Positions 1 through 10,382 of a stretch of 64,000 nt of DNA are shown here, one piece after another (position 1 is the stretch's first letter; every line of letters begins with the position of its first letter). The DNA comes from a virus. The stretch lies in IMG/VR virus record IMGVR_UViG_3300009152_000030, positions 1 through 64,000 of that record, one strand, 5' to 3'. Position numbers and translations under genes: made by a program. Below the pieces are notes generated by a model, which made no database searches, was not told where the DNA came from, and saw nothing but the letters and a program-made list of their open reading frames with translations.

Positions 1-190
1 GTCTAAAGATTTAAGAATTTTTGAATTAGATTCCTGAGACAATGTATTGATTAAAAGACATTCTTCCTCAGAGATTTCAGAAGGTACCTTCTCTTCCCCT
101 TGAGGAAAGGAATCTACTTTGTCTTGAAGTGTTTTAACTTTGTCACTTAAACGTTCTTCCAAATTATTAAGAAAATTAAGTAACAAGTTC

Positions 191-1078
191 TTAACTTTCC
201 CCATTGGCTATCCTATTAAACTTCTCTTGAAACTCTAACAATTCGCCTTTGCTTAGTTTTGTTCCTTGACTTGCAGCATTAAAACTCTCACTGCCAGTGA
301 AGGGAATAAGATAGCGTAGAATATCTATCTCTTCTTTACTGAAAGAAACTCCACCTTGCCAGTAGTCTTCGAATGCTTCCCAAGTCCAAGGACAATGTAG
401 CTTTACAAACTCTGCAATTGCCTCTGCAAATACGCGAATTTCATACTGAGCATGAGGATCCAGGCGCAGTCTAAGCATCTTAAGAAGATTAAGCAAGTCA
501 CACTTCCACACAACACGTGTATAGAGATTGACAGGAAGTACCATGCGGGCTTGTTCACGGCTAACACCAGCTTCAATCAACTGTTGATAAAGCTTATAAG
601 CTTCATCAGTCTGATGATTCATAACTGCTGTTGCTGTTTCTTTAGGACCAATGAAAGGATTGAAATCTCCTTCTGCGCTGCCTTGCTTGTTAGTAGTGCT
701 TTGAGCTCTGAGAGTATCAGGTTCATAGAATACATCTTCCATGACACTGTAACGTGCACTCTCCTCGTTAAGACTAGCAGTTCTATGACGAACTAGCTGG
801 CGCATAACAAAGATAGGCAAACGCATCTCAAACTTAAACTCTACCATCTCAAATGGACTAGTATGCCAATGACGCATAAGATAACGTAGCAATTGCTTAT
901 CTGACTGTTTACGAGTAGTACCTGACTGGTAACTAACTCTAGCAGCATCAATAATTGCATAGTCAGCAATGTTAGTATTAAATGAAAGATCCTCTGCATC
1001 AGCATGAGGCATAACATCAATTAGTTTAACATAACCATGATCAAGACATGGAATTAAATCATTAGTTCTTTCCAGCAT
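191..1078 (-). CDS. thyX: Flavin-dependent thymidylate synthase
   Basis: ThyX motif RHRTASLNEESARY, plus AARVSY, HTSPFE, REQARMVLP and HAQYEIR; start moved to MLERTND. Confidence 0.95.
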   Translation of the reverse strand: MLERTNDLIPCLDHGYVKLIDVMPHADAEDLSFNTNIADYAIIDAARVSYQSGTTRKQSDKQLLRYLMRHWHTSPFEMVEFKFEMRLPIFVMRQLVRHRTASLNEESARYSVMEDVFYEPDTLRAQSTTNKQGSAEGDFNPFIGPKETATAVMNHQTDEAYKLYQQLIEAGVSREQARMVLPVNLYTRVVWKCDLLNLLKMLRLRLDPHAQYEIRVFAEAIAEFVKLHCPWTWEAFEDYWQGGVSFSKEEIDILRYLIPFTGSESFNAASQGTKLSKGELLEFQEKFNRIANGES

Positions 1079-1793
1079 CCTTTTTCTCCGACAAATGGGT
1101 AACATCCATTACTGGGGTTTTATTTGATAAATCATTATAAGCTTGGCCAATATTAAAGATAGTAGTTAATTCGCTTATAAGCTCACCAGTTTCTTTTGTA
1201 CCAACCTTCTTATAGACCATATAGTGTGTTCTATAGGAAAGATTAGACTTGTTTTCAATTACTAGCTTAACAAAAGCAGAGTAATCACTGGCAGATGAAA
1301 TGCGGATTTCTTTATCTTCTTGTAAATCCCATAAAGTATATTTTGTATATATGTTATAGGTATCAAGGCCATTCATCACACTAGGAAAATCAAACTTCTT
1401 AGCAGTTTTAAAAAGCTCAAGTTCTTCTGGATCATCAATGTATTCTTCTTCTGCATTCTGCAATGCGCCGATTACATTTCTATAACCCAAGAAGATGTCA
1501 ACAATCCCTGCTAGCAAGCTTGCATAGGGAACATAAACAGTTTCATTTTCACTAGCTGCAAATTGAAACCTTTCATGTAGATCATCTACTTCAATATCTT
1601 TTGAAAGAGTATCGCTAGTCAATGCTTCGTTGGGAAATTGAATATAAATTTCCTTAGGATTAACATAATCAACAAAGATAATCTCTCGCTCCCAGTAATA
1701 GATCGTTTTAATTACCTTATTAAGAGTAGATAAAAGAGTGTATGTAACACCAGCAACACCTAGTAATGCAATTATTAGTGTTAGCAAAGCCAT
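1062..1793 (-). CDS. Hypothetical protein with N-terminal TM helix
   Basis: ORF in the operon; hydrophobic N-terminus MALLTLIIALLGVAGV. Confidence 0.7.
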   Translation of the reverse strand: MALLTLIIALLGVAGVTYTLLSTLNKVIKTIYYWEREIIFVDYVNPKEIYIQFPNEALTSDTLSKDIEVDDLHERFQFAASENETVYVPYASLLAGIVDIFLGYRNVIGALQNAEEEYIDDPEELELFKTAKKFDFPSVMNGLDTYNIYTKYTLWDLQEDKEIRISSASDYSAFVKLVIENKSNLSYRTHYMVYKKVGTKETGELISELTTIFNIGQAYNDLSNKTPVMDVTHLSEKKDAGKN

Positions 1794-2335
1794 TACTTCT
1801 TCACATGCTCGAAGTATCCTGACCCATTGCAGATGTAACAAAGAGTTGTCGACTCAGGAGTAACATTAGGATCAATTCCTTCTCCGTAACATGCATGACA
1901 AACGTTGTTATACTTACGATAAAGGAAAGCACACTCTGCAGCTGCAGGCGTCTTCTTTACTGCGTTGTATACGAACTGCCAAAGCTGAAGGCCCCACTCC
2001 CATGCATAGTAAGCGTATTCGGCTTCTGCATTGGTCTCATATGTTCCCTTCTCATATACAGAACTTGAGAAAGGAAGAGTAGCAACAACAACCCTATCAG
2101 GATCGTTAATGCTTGTAAGAGAAACCCGCATGGTAAAGTCAGGAAAAGACAAGAGTCTTCCTTCTTGCCATTCTGCTACTACTGCCATAGAACCAAGTGG
2201 TTCTTTCTCAGATGTAGTAATTGTTTCATTGTTATAATGCCAACGATTATCTTTCGTATCTACTAGGATGCTCTTTGGATCAAACTTAATTTCAAAATTC
2301 TCAAAAAGATTTGCAAAATCAATTCTTTTAGTCAT
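1793..2335 (-). CDS. Hypothetical protein with C-terminal DnaJ-type CxxCxGxG zinc finger
   Basis: CHACYGEG and CYICNGSG. Confidence 0.7.
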   Translation of the reverse strand: MTKRIDFANLFENFEIKFDPKSILVDTKDNRWHYNNETITTSEKEPLGSMAVVAEWQEGRLLSFPDFTMRVSLTSINDPDRVVVATLPFSSSVYEKGTYETNAEAEYAYYAWEWGLQLWQFVYNAVKKTPAAAECAFLYRKYNNVCHACYGEGIDPNVTPESTTLCYICNGSGYFEHVKK

Positions 2336-2390
2336 GTATTCACTATGTATTAGGTAAAAAATAAACCCTTTCGGGCTTAATATTAAGATA

Positions 2391-4337
2391 TCAAATTAAA
2401 CTTGACTGTGCAAGTTGCACAGCCTTAATGCTGGGACCAAAATTAGAAATATATCGAAAGACATCGCTTGGATTATCAAAAATATAATCAAACATTAATT
2501 CAATCTTTAAATAATTTCCAACCTTAATCTCAGTATCACTAGCAAGACCAGCCTCAAAAAGTTTCTTAGCTTCGGCTTTATTAGTAATTTCGGTTTTCTC
2601 TAAGTTATATACAAAAGAAATATTGCGCATGTTCGCAATTTCCAAAAGAATATGCTTGGGAATCTTATTATTCTGAATCTGATATTCAAGAAAGTTTTTG
2701 ATTCTAGCATACAGTGGTTTGATTGAAGGACTATTTTGCTGAGTAGCAATGATAGCCTTGCCATACAAATCAAGACAGTTACTCATCAAATTGATTTGAG
2801 TGCGAGTAAATGGAATCTCAGCAAGAAGCCAACCATATTCTCTTAGGGTCTTTGGCCGAATAACTTTAACCTTATGGCTTATGTTATAAAGACAAACCAT
2901 CTCTTGCAATGACTTTGTTGTGTATTTGGATTTGTCAGAGGTAAGGAATTTAGTTGCTGCAATCTTCCAGCGTCTATACTCTTCACTGTCGTATCCGTAT
3001 TGTGTAATAGTATCCTCAAGGGAGCCAAGCTTTATGCGCATCTTCTCAGGAAGCATAAAGTAAAGAAGATCTTCAGCACTTCCAGTTTTAAACATATCAG
3101 CTAAAGTCTTATCAGGGGTTACAGCTACAGTTGTATTGCGGCCCACGTTAAGAACATAGTATGGAGTTTGGATTCTAGTTTCAATCTCTGCTTGAATCTT
3201 AGGAAAGTCTTCTAAAATTTTAGACATGCCGTCTTTGCCAATCTGTCTAGGCGTAATCCCTGATAGATTAAGCTCGCGTGCTGTGTCTCTAATTCCAGAA
3301 TAAATTCTATCCTTGCGAAGCTTTTTATCTAAAGTTTCCCAAAAGATATCTTCTTCTAGCTTTCTAATATGACCAACAATGCTGCCAGTAATGAAATTAG
3401 CTTCATGAATTGCATTAGCAAGCAAGGAGTAATTCTCTTTGGCATACTTAAGGTTGTCTAAAGTAATATCAGGATACTGGATTCGCTCTAGTTCCATCTT
3501 ACTATTAAAGATAGGAGTAATTGAGGCAGAGTGTAAAAGCTTATACATCTCCTCAAGTCTAAACTCTTGAGCCTTTGGCTCCCAAGTATTCTTACCCCTG
3601 TAAAATTTAATAGAGTTAATTTTCCCGCCGTAAGGTCCATAAGTCTTCTTGCCATCTTTTAAGGCAAAAGTATAAAGCCTACCCTTCTCCTGAAATGAAA
3701 TAGTATATTCATGATGAATATCTCTCATTGTCTCAATAGTATTGCCATCCGCGTAAGGAGCAGAGGAAATAACTCTTGCAGCTTGAGAGCCTTTAGGCAG
3801 GAATTCTTCAATTAGCTTTGTATGCTCTTCATTGTATGAATGCTCTTGGGAGTAGATAATAGCATCCATTGCCCAAGAAGGCGCGTGAATAAAGCCTTCC
3901 TCTTCGACTTGTCGATTGTTGTAATCTCTTGCTTCAGCAAGAAACTCAGACAAATGATTGTATCGTTCCGAGCCAACTTCAGTCTTGTTCATCTCCAAGA
4001 TAACCCATTCAATACCAGAGTCCTTCTCAAGATAACTTTTTACAGGATTGCCTGTGTCAGTGTCAGCATCAGGATGCTCCCATGGATATTGAATAAAACT
4101 AAGAGCTCTGTTACCAGGGTAAAGAGCTTCAAGTGCTTCATCTCCGAAAGGTAGTCTTCGAGCTTCTCTCCAGTCAGGATCGCCTACATCTCCGATACTA
4201 AGATAGTTTGCAGTTGCATAGATTGTCTCATATGCGCCATACTGACCACCGTAATTAAGAGTTGGAGGTGTCCAATACTTTTCAATAACTTCATTTTCAC
4301 TAATATCAGAAAAGTCAATAGAGTTTGACTTTGACAT
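2391..4337 (-). CDS. Hypothetical protein (~650 aa)
   Basis: Long ORF; AAGGGG SD before MSKSNS. Confidence 0.75.
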   Translation of the reverse strand: MSKSNSIDFSDISENEVIEKYWTPPTLNYGGQYGAYETIYATANYLSIGDVGDPDWREARRLPFGDEALEALYPGNRALSFIQYPWEHPDADTDTGNPVKSYLEKDSGIEWVILEMNKTEVGSERYNHLSEFLAEARDYNNRQVEEEGFIHAPSWAMDAIIYSQEHSYNEEHTKLIEEFLPKGSQAARVISSAPYADGNTIETMRDIHHEYTISFQEKGRLYTFALKDGKKTYGPYGGKINSIKFYRGKNTWEPKAQEFRLEEMYKLLHSASITPIFNSKMELERIQYPDITLDNLKYAKENYSLLANAIHEANFITGSIVGHIRKLEEDIFWETLDKKLRKDRIYSGIRDTARELNLSGITPRQIGKDGMSKILEDFPKIQAEIETRIQTPYYVLNVGRNTTVAVTPDKTLADMFKTGSAEDLLYFMLPEKMRIKLGSLEDTITQYGYDSEEYRRWKIAATKFLTSDKSKYTTKSLQEMVCLYNISHKVKVIRPKTLREYGWLLAEIPFTRTQINLMSNCLDLYGKAIIATQQNSPSIKPLYARIKNFLEYQIQNNKIPKHILLEIANMRNISFVYNLEKTEITNKAEAKKLFEAGLASDTEIKVGNYLKIELMFDYIFDNPSDVFRYISNFGPSIKAVQLAQSSLI

Positions 4338-4373
4338 TTGTACCCCTTTGGTGAGTAATTGGAAGAAAAATCC

Positions 4374-4397
4374 AAACAAAAAATGCGCGTTAGCGCA
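4374..4397 (-). terminator. Putative intrinsic terminator
   Basis: Minus strand TGCGC-TAAC-GCGCA followed by TTTTTTGTTT, downstream of the UDG gene. Confidence 0.5.
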
Positions 4398-4408
4398 CAG
4401 GATTATCT

Positions 4409-5071
4409 TTACATGTCATTGATTTCATTAATAAAATTATTAATATATTTAAACTTATGAGAGTAATTAAATTGAAAAAGTTCCCAATCTTGTTCTGTTA
4501 GAGCATTCTTCTGACGAAGATAGTAACTAGGATGGTAGATTGGAATAACAGGATAGTCTTGGCCATCCAGAGTAAAAGAAGATACAGCATCCGGCTTTTT
4601 CCAATCAACAGACTTTGGATCTTTAATTGTTCCGGTAATCTCTAAGCCAGCCATTGCACTTTTGCCAAGCGTAACAATTACCTTAGGCTTTAGATTAATA
4701 ATCTGCTTAGCAAGATATGGACTGCAATTAGAAAGCTCTTCAGGAGTAGGAGTTCGGTTCTTATGAGGTCGGCATTTAACAATGTTAGTTACATATGTTA
4801 AATCAATTAAATCATATTGCCTTAGATAGGTATCAAGAACTCTACCACTTACACCCATAAATGGAAGACCAACTTGATCTTCCGTCTCGCCAGGAGCTTC
4901 ACCGATTACTAGAATAGGTAAAGTCTTATGGTCCCATGGAGCTACTGTATTTTTGGTAAACTTATCAATTACGACACGGCTTCTTGAAGCACATAAATCC
5001 TTGCACTTAGTGCAGTCTTTAATTTCTTGCCTGCCAATAGCTGAATAAAAACTTTCTTTGTCAAAGATCAT
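4409..5071 (-). CDS. Uracil-DNA glycosylase, family 4 (Fe-S)
   Basis: CTKC..LC, GEAPGETED, PFMGVSG, TNIVKCRP, YHPSY. Confidence 0.92.
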   Translation of the reverse strand: MIFDKESFYSAIGRQEIKDCTKCKDLCASRSRVVIDKFTKNTVAPWDHKTLPILVIGEAPGETEDQVGLPFMGVSGRVLDTYLRQYDLIDLTYVTNIVKCRPHKNRTPTPEELSNCSPYLAKQIINLKPKVIVTLGKSAMAGLEITGTIKDPKSVDWKKPDAVSSFTLDGQDYPVIPIYHPSYYLRQKNALTEQDWELFQFNYSHKFKYINNFINEINDM

Positions 5072-5610
5072 AGATTCACATGAGGAATGATTAGTTCAAA
5101 ATCTTTAATAAATAATTTATCTATATCAGTTAGTTCTGACTTCGTAATCAAATCTGAATAATCAGATTTAATTTTGTCAAAAAGAACAGAAGTAACAATA
5201 GGATAAGCCTTTGGTTTTCTAAGTAAAAAAGAAAGCCAAACAAAATAGATATTACTATCTAGTGTAAAAATTAAGAATTTCTGACTAGGTTTCTGGTTGA
5301 GTTCATCCCGCCATACATAGTTATAATGACCAGGGAGTGTGCTTAGTGTAAATACACCTACAATTCCGAAGTCATCAAGAGCACTATATATTTGATCAGT
5401 CTTTAGAACCTTAGAAATATATATATCTAAATCTGAATTCTTATTAAGGATTTGATTTGCGCTATATTTGCTAAGCAAGAAATTAAAACAATCTACCCCA
5501 GTAAGACCTGGCTGTTTAGCCTTGCTTGAAGCTGAGATAGATGTTTTACTAATTGGTGTGCCAAACCTATCGGCAGGCTGGAATAGCTGCCAAAAATGTT
5601 TAGCAATCAC
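5068..5610 (-). CDS. Hypothetical protein
   Basis: ORF overlapping its neighbours in the operon. Confidence 0.6.
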   Translation of the reverse strand: MIAKHFWQLFQPADRFGTPISKTSISASSKAKQPGLTGVDCFNFLLSKYSANQILNKNSDLDIYISKVLKTDQIYSALDDFGIVGVFTLSTLPGHYNYVWRDELNQKPSQKFLIFTLDSNIYFVWLSFLLRKPKAYPIVTSVLFDKIKSDYSDLITKSELTDIDKLFIKDFELIIPHVNL

Positions 5611-6062
5611 TATAGAATTCTATTGACTAGGCTTGAGTAGATCTTCCGATCATTTCTTTGAGTCGAGGTTCTAAGTGAGTCAAAGTCCATAACCTGGGTT
5701 TGACCAAAAGACCAGTCAGACAAATCGGCAATCTCTAGATAAAGATTAACTTTATTGCAATACTTCTTACCACTATCAGTATAGTAATCAAACCAGCTAC
5801 TAACGTAAGACAAAGTCTCTACATCTGAATTGCTTGTAGGATAAATGCTAATAGCTGCATCTCTAGTAATAGTATCCTCAGTAGGATGAACAGCTGCCAC
5901 AAGATCTAAAGTAGAATTGTGTAGCTCTTCGTGTTCATACTTACCAAAATCTTCTTCTTCATCACTGTCAATTTTAAGTTCATCAGGAATAAAGACTGTA
6001 AGCGTATCTAGATCTTCATCGGCGTGATCGTCAATAAAGGCATTAATGTCAAATTCTTCCAT
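5610..6062 (-). CDS. Acidic hypothetical protein
   Basis: ORF, D/E rich. Confidence 0.65.
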   Translation of the reverse strand: MEEFDINAFIDDHADEDLDTLTVFIPDELKIDSDEEEDFGKYEHEELHNSTLDLVAAVHPTEDTITRDAAISIYPTSNSDVETLSYVSSWFDYYTDSGKKYCNKVNLYLEIADLSDWSFGQTQVMDFDSLRTSTQRNDRKIYSSLVNRIL

Positions 6063-6063
6063 T

Positions 6064-7137
6064 TTATCTCACTAGTGAAGTGTTATTTTCAACGGTAATA
6101 TTAGGAGAACAAATAAGCTTAGTACAGTTTTGAAGCTCAATAAGACTATGGCTATTAGTATAGCTCATAGCGCTACGAAGATTGCCTTCAATACCTTTAA
6201 GCATCTCTACAACAGATTCTGTCATAGGAATAAGCCCAGACTGGCCTTCAATGCTGCTCTTCTTATTATAGAAAGAGCTAGCAAGTCCTGCGTATTCCTT
6301 GTACCAGATACCAGTCTTTTCGTCTAGTACTGGGGCTGCGGCACTCTCAGATGTAGCAGTAAACATCTTTCCAAGCATTACAAGATCTGCCCCTGAAGCA
6401 AGAGCCTTGCAGATATCGCCATTATTCCGGATGCCACCGTCAGCCACAATATAAGCTGGAGCGGCGGCGTCCTTAGGATATGTATAGACTAGTCGCTTAC
6501 GCTCAGCATGACAACGTGCAAGTGCAGTAACATTACCAGCACCAACACCAGTATTAAGACGAGTAGTGCAAGCGCTACCCCCACCAATGCCTACACGAAT
6601 ATAATCGCAAAGACTAGCAATGCGACTATAAGCTAGCTCGTTGGTTACGTTTCCGGCCCAGATAAAGACACCTTCATCAAAGCGAAGGTTCTGTAGCTTT
6701 ACCAGATAGTCATACATACTATCTAGATTGCCATTAGCAATGTCAACTAGAACGTGAGCAATTTCATACTCGCTAACTTTATTAAGCAACTTGTCAATCG
6801 AATAATCAAGGCCAATGCTAATGCCACAGCCTCTCATATACATTTCGTCTAGCTCATGTTCCGGGCGAAACCTGTCAGCAAACACTGCAAAAGGCTTATA
6901 GCTGGAGTCAGTGATTGCGTCCATAAAATTATGGCCGGCAATGCCTGGCATAGGACTAGCAACAATTGGCAAAGCATCAAAAGGTTTCTGATAATACCCA
7001 TTTTCATTCCTGTGGTAAGGACTAATATTTGATCCATATCTACTATTGATATCAGACACTGGGGCCTGATTAAGCAAAACATCATCATAGGCAAGCTGAT
7101 AATTTGCAGCTACCGCATCCTCAAACTTAAAAAACAT
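6064..7137 (-). CDS. guaC: GMP reductase / IMPDH-family protein (GMP reductase favoured)
   Basis: Catalytic Cys loop VGIGGGSACTTR, ADGGIRNNGDICKALASGA, no CBS domains, YAGLAS rather than the IMPDH YRGMGS. Confidence 0.75.
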   Translation of the reverse strand: MFFKFEDAVAANYQLAYDDVLLNQAPVSDINSRYGSNISPYHRNENGYYQKPFDALPIVASPMPGIAGHNFMDAITDSSYKPFAVFADRFRPEHELDEMYMRGCGISIGLDYSIDKLLNKVSEYEIAHVLVDIANGNLDSMYDYLVKLQNLRFDEGVFIWAGNVTNELAYSRIASLCDYIRVGIGGGSACTTRLNTGVGAGNVTALARCHAERKRLVYTYPKDAAAPAYIVADGGIRNNGDICKALASGADLVMLGKMFTATSESAAAPVLDEKTGIWYKEYAGLASSFYNKKSSIEGQSGLIPMTESVVEMLKGIEGNLRSAMSYTNSHSLIELQNCTKLICSPNITVENNTSLVR

Positions 7138-7139
7138 TT

Positions 7140-7655
7140 TTACTCCGCGAAACGAGATAGGTCCAAAGTTCTACGGACCATATGAACACTTTTCTCAATA
7201 TCTTTTGAACCAGGAAAGAACATCCTGTCAAATATTTCTTCAACAAGCTTTGCATCAAAATCTTTGCACGAATAAACATCAGCGGTTACAAATCCCTGTT
7301 CGGGAAATGTATGGAATGCAATATGTGATTCTGCAATCATTGCAATAGTGCTATAGCCATAAGTTTGCTCAGCGCGTTCCTTCAAAGCACCAGCAATAAA
7401 CTGGGCAGTAGTAGAATTAGCAAGCCCTTCAGCATTTAAGCGCTGAAGGACTCGCTCTAGTTCACACTTATTATGTGGGAATTCTATAGTAAGTGGAGGA
7501 ACAATTAATGTCATATCAATTGCATCTACAAGGGCTGATACAACTTTATGACCCATACTTGGATCATTAAGAGGATTTAATCTATCAGTTGAAGGCACTG
7601 ACTTAGCGCCAGCATCATAAATTAAATGTAAGCCATTATATTTGTAGTTAGACAT
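7140..7655 (-). CDS. speD: S-adenosylmethionine decarboxylase proenzyme (class 1B, pyruvoyl)
   Basis: GLHLIYD, autocleavage site AESHIAFHTFPE, DVYSC. Confidence 0.88.
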   Translation of the reverse strand: MSNYKYNGLHLIYDAGAKSVPSTDRLNPLNDPSMGHKVVSALVDAIDMTLIVPPLTIEFPHNKCELERVLQRLNAEGLANSTTAQFIAGALKERAEQTYGYSTIAMIAESHIAFHTFPEQGFVTADVYSCKDFDAKLVEEIFDRMFFPGSKDIEKSVHMVRRTLDLSRFAE

Positions 7656-7657
7656 AA

Positions 7658-8557
7658 TTAATCAGATCCTTTCTTTTTCTTATCGGTTGTAGAATTCTTT
7701 TTTGATTTACCCTTAGTCTTCTTATTTGAAGCTGCCTTTGGAGTTGACTTTGTTTTAGGAGTATGAGACTTGCCATACTGTACAAATTGGTCATCAGTAT
7801 CATAAATGATTGATAGCTTATGAGGAAAAGGCTTAGTGAAAATAGTATCTACTTCACTGTAAGTTTCCTTTACAACATAGATTGTTTCTTTGGTTTCAGT
7901 ATTATATACTTGTTCGACCATACAGAATGGACCAGCTACTCCCATATGGATATCACAAACTGAATCCATAACGGTATCTAGTAGTTGTTCGCCGTCAAAC
8001 ATGACATGCGTCTCATCGTCGTCAGCTGGGTCAAGAAGACCCAAGCGTCTAGCTAGAGAGTATGCGCCAAGAGCTGTAGGTTGCCCACTACCTGTGGCCT
8101 GAAATGGCTCAGCTAGAAGGGTCACGCAAAGGAACGCGTCTACGTGATAAAGATTGCCACGATAACCAACAAGCAAATTAAGATTACTAGCTGGTAGTGG
8201 ATCCATATCGTCCATGCCACGACCTTTAGTAACTATCTTACTCTGCATACTTGCAGGAATAATTTCGTTAAGGACGTTGTGAATATAAGCAATATCGCTT
8301 ACATCATCAGGGCGAATGAGCTCGTAGTAAGTATGCTGAAATAGCTGGGCATCCTTAAGAACACCAGCATAACCAAACATAATATCATCACGAATGAAGA
8401 TCTTAGGTTGCTTAAGCATAAAACCATAATCAGCATAGCTAACACGGCTATCGGCTTTCAGTAAAACAGATTTAAGCAATGGATCAAGATCCATATTGGT
8501 AGGCATTCCGGTAGTAGTGTCGACGCCTGTATTTGAATATCCTAGGATACAAGTCAT
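7658..8557 (-). CDS. HslV/proteasome-beta-like Ntn peptidase
   Basis: N-terminal M-T-C-I after an AGAGGAG SD, ADSR, K, GYAG and ATGSG motifs; Lys-rich tail. Confidence 0.7.
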   Translation of the reverse strand: MTCILGYSNTGVDTTTGMPTNMDLDPLLKSVLLKADSRVSYADYGFMLKQPKIFIRDDIMFGYAGVLKDAQLFQHTYYELIRPDDVSDIAYIHNVLNEIIPASMQSKIVTKGRGMDDMDPLPASNLNLLVGYRGNLYHVDAFLCVTLLAEPFQATGSGQPTALGAYSLARRLGLLDPADDDETHVMFDGEQLLDTVMDSVCDIHMGVAGPFCMVEQVYNTETKETIYVVKETYSEVDTIFTKPFPHKLSIIYDTDDQFVQYGKSHTPKTKSTPKAASNKKTKGKSKKNSTTDKKKKGSD

Positions 8558-8559
8558 TG

Positions 8560-8862
8560 TTATTTCTCCTCTATTTCTGCATTTGAGTAAGCACTCATAA
8601 GAATTCCATAACCTGCAATATCTTGCCATGGGCTTTCGCCAAAGGCATCTTTACTGTTAGCAATTCGGAATAACTTATCAAGAATTCGAACTGTAACTAA
8701 GATATCAAGGTACTTATCCGTGGAAACACCATTCGGATATAAAATTTTTAATACTTCACCAGCTTTTGAAAAAGCATCACCATAGGCAAGATTTTTCTCA
8801 GCAACAAGATCGCCAATAGCATCTGCAGTATTGGTAATTGAGTCTGAATTTATATTTCTCAT
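8560..8862 (-). CDS. DUF1599 / nucleotide-modification-associated helical domain protein
   Basis: KNLAYGDAF...RILDKLFRI...WQDIAGY pattern. Confidence 0.6.
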   Translation of the reverse strand: MRNINSDSITNTADAIGDLVAEKNLAYGDAFSKAGEVLKILYPNGVSTDKYLDILVTVRILDKLFRIANSKDAFGESPWQDIAGYGILMSAYSNAEIEEK

Positions 8863-9128
8863 TCTGTGTCCCTTACATAGCAGACAGCCATTTTATTTGT
8901 TTTCTTGTCATAAAAAAAGTAGGAGGTCCTATATCCTAGAACGTCTCCTACTTTAATAGTTATGTCAAAAATTTCTCGATTCCAGATTTGCCTTTGAAAA
9001 TAAAGAAATAGATAATCTTCAAAATCTTCAAAAGAATCTAAAATAGAAAATCCAGGAGCTATTTCAATACTTTGTAAGTATGAAATAAAATCAGCAACTT
9101 TCTTATTAGATTCTAAGATAGTCGCCAT
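8859..9128 (-). CDS. Hypothetical protein
   Basis: ORF with GAGGAG SD. Confidence 0.6.
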   Translation of the reverse strand: MATILESNKKVADFISYLQSIEIAPGFSILDSFEDFEDYLFLYFQRQIWNREIFDITIKVGDVLGYRTSYFFYDKKTNKMAVCYVRDTE

Positions 9129-9139
9129 ATTTTACTCCT

Positions 9140-9349
9140 CTAGTCCGTAAGAGTTATAAAGCTCTCGCAGCTATAGCACTTAGAATTTCTAGCTAAATAA
9201 GTATAAGTTAAAAATCGCCTACATTTCGGACAAGATACTCCGTCCTCTTCTTCGGCAGGATTTGAATCCCTAGATTTGCGCTCATTCTTTTGAGCCTTAA
9301 AGCCTTTAATCTCATGATCTGAGAAATCTTCTCTATAATTCTTTGACAT
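9140..9349 (-). CDS. Small zinc-ribbon protein
   Basis: CPKC...CYSC. Confidence 0.6.
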   Translation of the reverse strand: MSKNYREDFSDHEIKGFKAQKNERKSRDSNPAEEEDGVSCPKCRRFLTYTYLARNSKCYSCESFITLTD

Positions 9350-9467
9350 AATTAATTTATTTATTTCCTAATGATAAGTAACTGTAAAGACACATTGATT
9401 ATCGGTTAGATAATTCTTCAATGCAAATGACAATTTCTTTTGATTAATATCCATTAATATCCTTTAT

Positions 9468-10097
9468 TTACTTCAATATAGTGCGATAGTCTGATAGATC
9501 GTATTTTGGATTTGCCTGTGAAACCTTATCAGAGATAAGCTTATAAGCAACTTTCGCAAGAGCTCTAAAGTCAGGTCTGTCTGGGGTACCAAATTGTAGA
9601 TCACAGGAATCTATAACCTCTTCATATATAGGATACTCCATTCTTGCCTGTGCAGTCAAAGGATGAATGCGAATTTTTGTTGTAGAATCAGTGACTGAAT
9701 AGTCAGCAATCCAAACAAACTTATCGGTATTTGGTCGACCAAGAAAAGCTCGCTTAAGCCTAGACAAAGCAACCTTTCTGCCCTCATGTTTATCATAAGG
9801 ATCTACAGGATTATGGACAGACAAAGCAAAAGCAAATTCAGAATCACCAAGACGAAAAGCCGCAGTAGTTACATACCTAACTGACAGGCCAGTCTCTATG
9901 CGATTCTTCTTTGAAAAAATTCCTCTATTCCGGTTATACAAAGTAGCAAGATAGCTTGCGTTGTCATACATATTAGAATTCTTTAGTTCTGAAATCTGAT
10001 AGACTTGACAAGAATGCTCACTGTAATCGTGCTTACGAACAAACAAAGCACTGGAAAAAGTAACCCTCTCATCTGACTTAAAAACATTAGTAGTCAT
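9468..10097 (-). CDS. Hypothetical protein
   Basis: ORF with AAGGAG SD. Confidence 0.7.
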   Translation of the reverse strand: MTTNVFKSDERVTFSSALFVRKHDYSEHSCQVYQISELKNSNMYDNASYLATLYNRNRGIFSKKNRIETGLSVRYVTTAAFRLGDSEFAFALSVHNPVDPYDKHEGRKVALSRLKRAFLGRPNTDKFVWIADYSVTDSTTKIRIHPLTAQARMEYPIYEEVIDSCDLQFGTPDRPDFRALAKVAYKLISDKVSQANPKYDLSDYRTILK

Positions 10098-10105
10098 AAT
10101 GCTCC

Positions 10106-10369
10106 TTATATAGTGTTATATAGTTGTTTCTTTCTTAAACTAAATAGGAATAAACAAGTAAATTCACTAATTACTCCTGCAGCTACTGCTGTAAATGACA
10201 TTGAAATGCCAGTTATAAACAATAGATTTGCAAATGTAACCGCAGCGTCAAATAGGAATTCATGTTTGAAGAAAAACAATTGAACTCTAATAGGTAATTT
10301 TGTAAATGTATGATAGGTTGAGTAACCTAGTAATATTCCAAAAAATACAGCGGCTAGTATAAGGCCCAT
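10106..10369 (-). CDS. Small membrane protein
   Basis: Two to three hydrophobic segments. Confidence 0.6.
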   Translation of the reverse strand: MGLILAAVFFGILLGYSTYHTFTKLPIRVQLFFFKHEFLFDAAVTFANLLFITGISMSFTAVAAGVISEFTCLFLFSLRKKQLYNTI

Positions 10370-10382
10370 AGCTTAAATCCTA

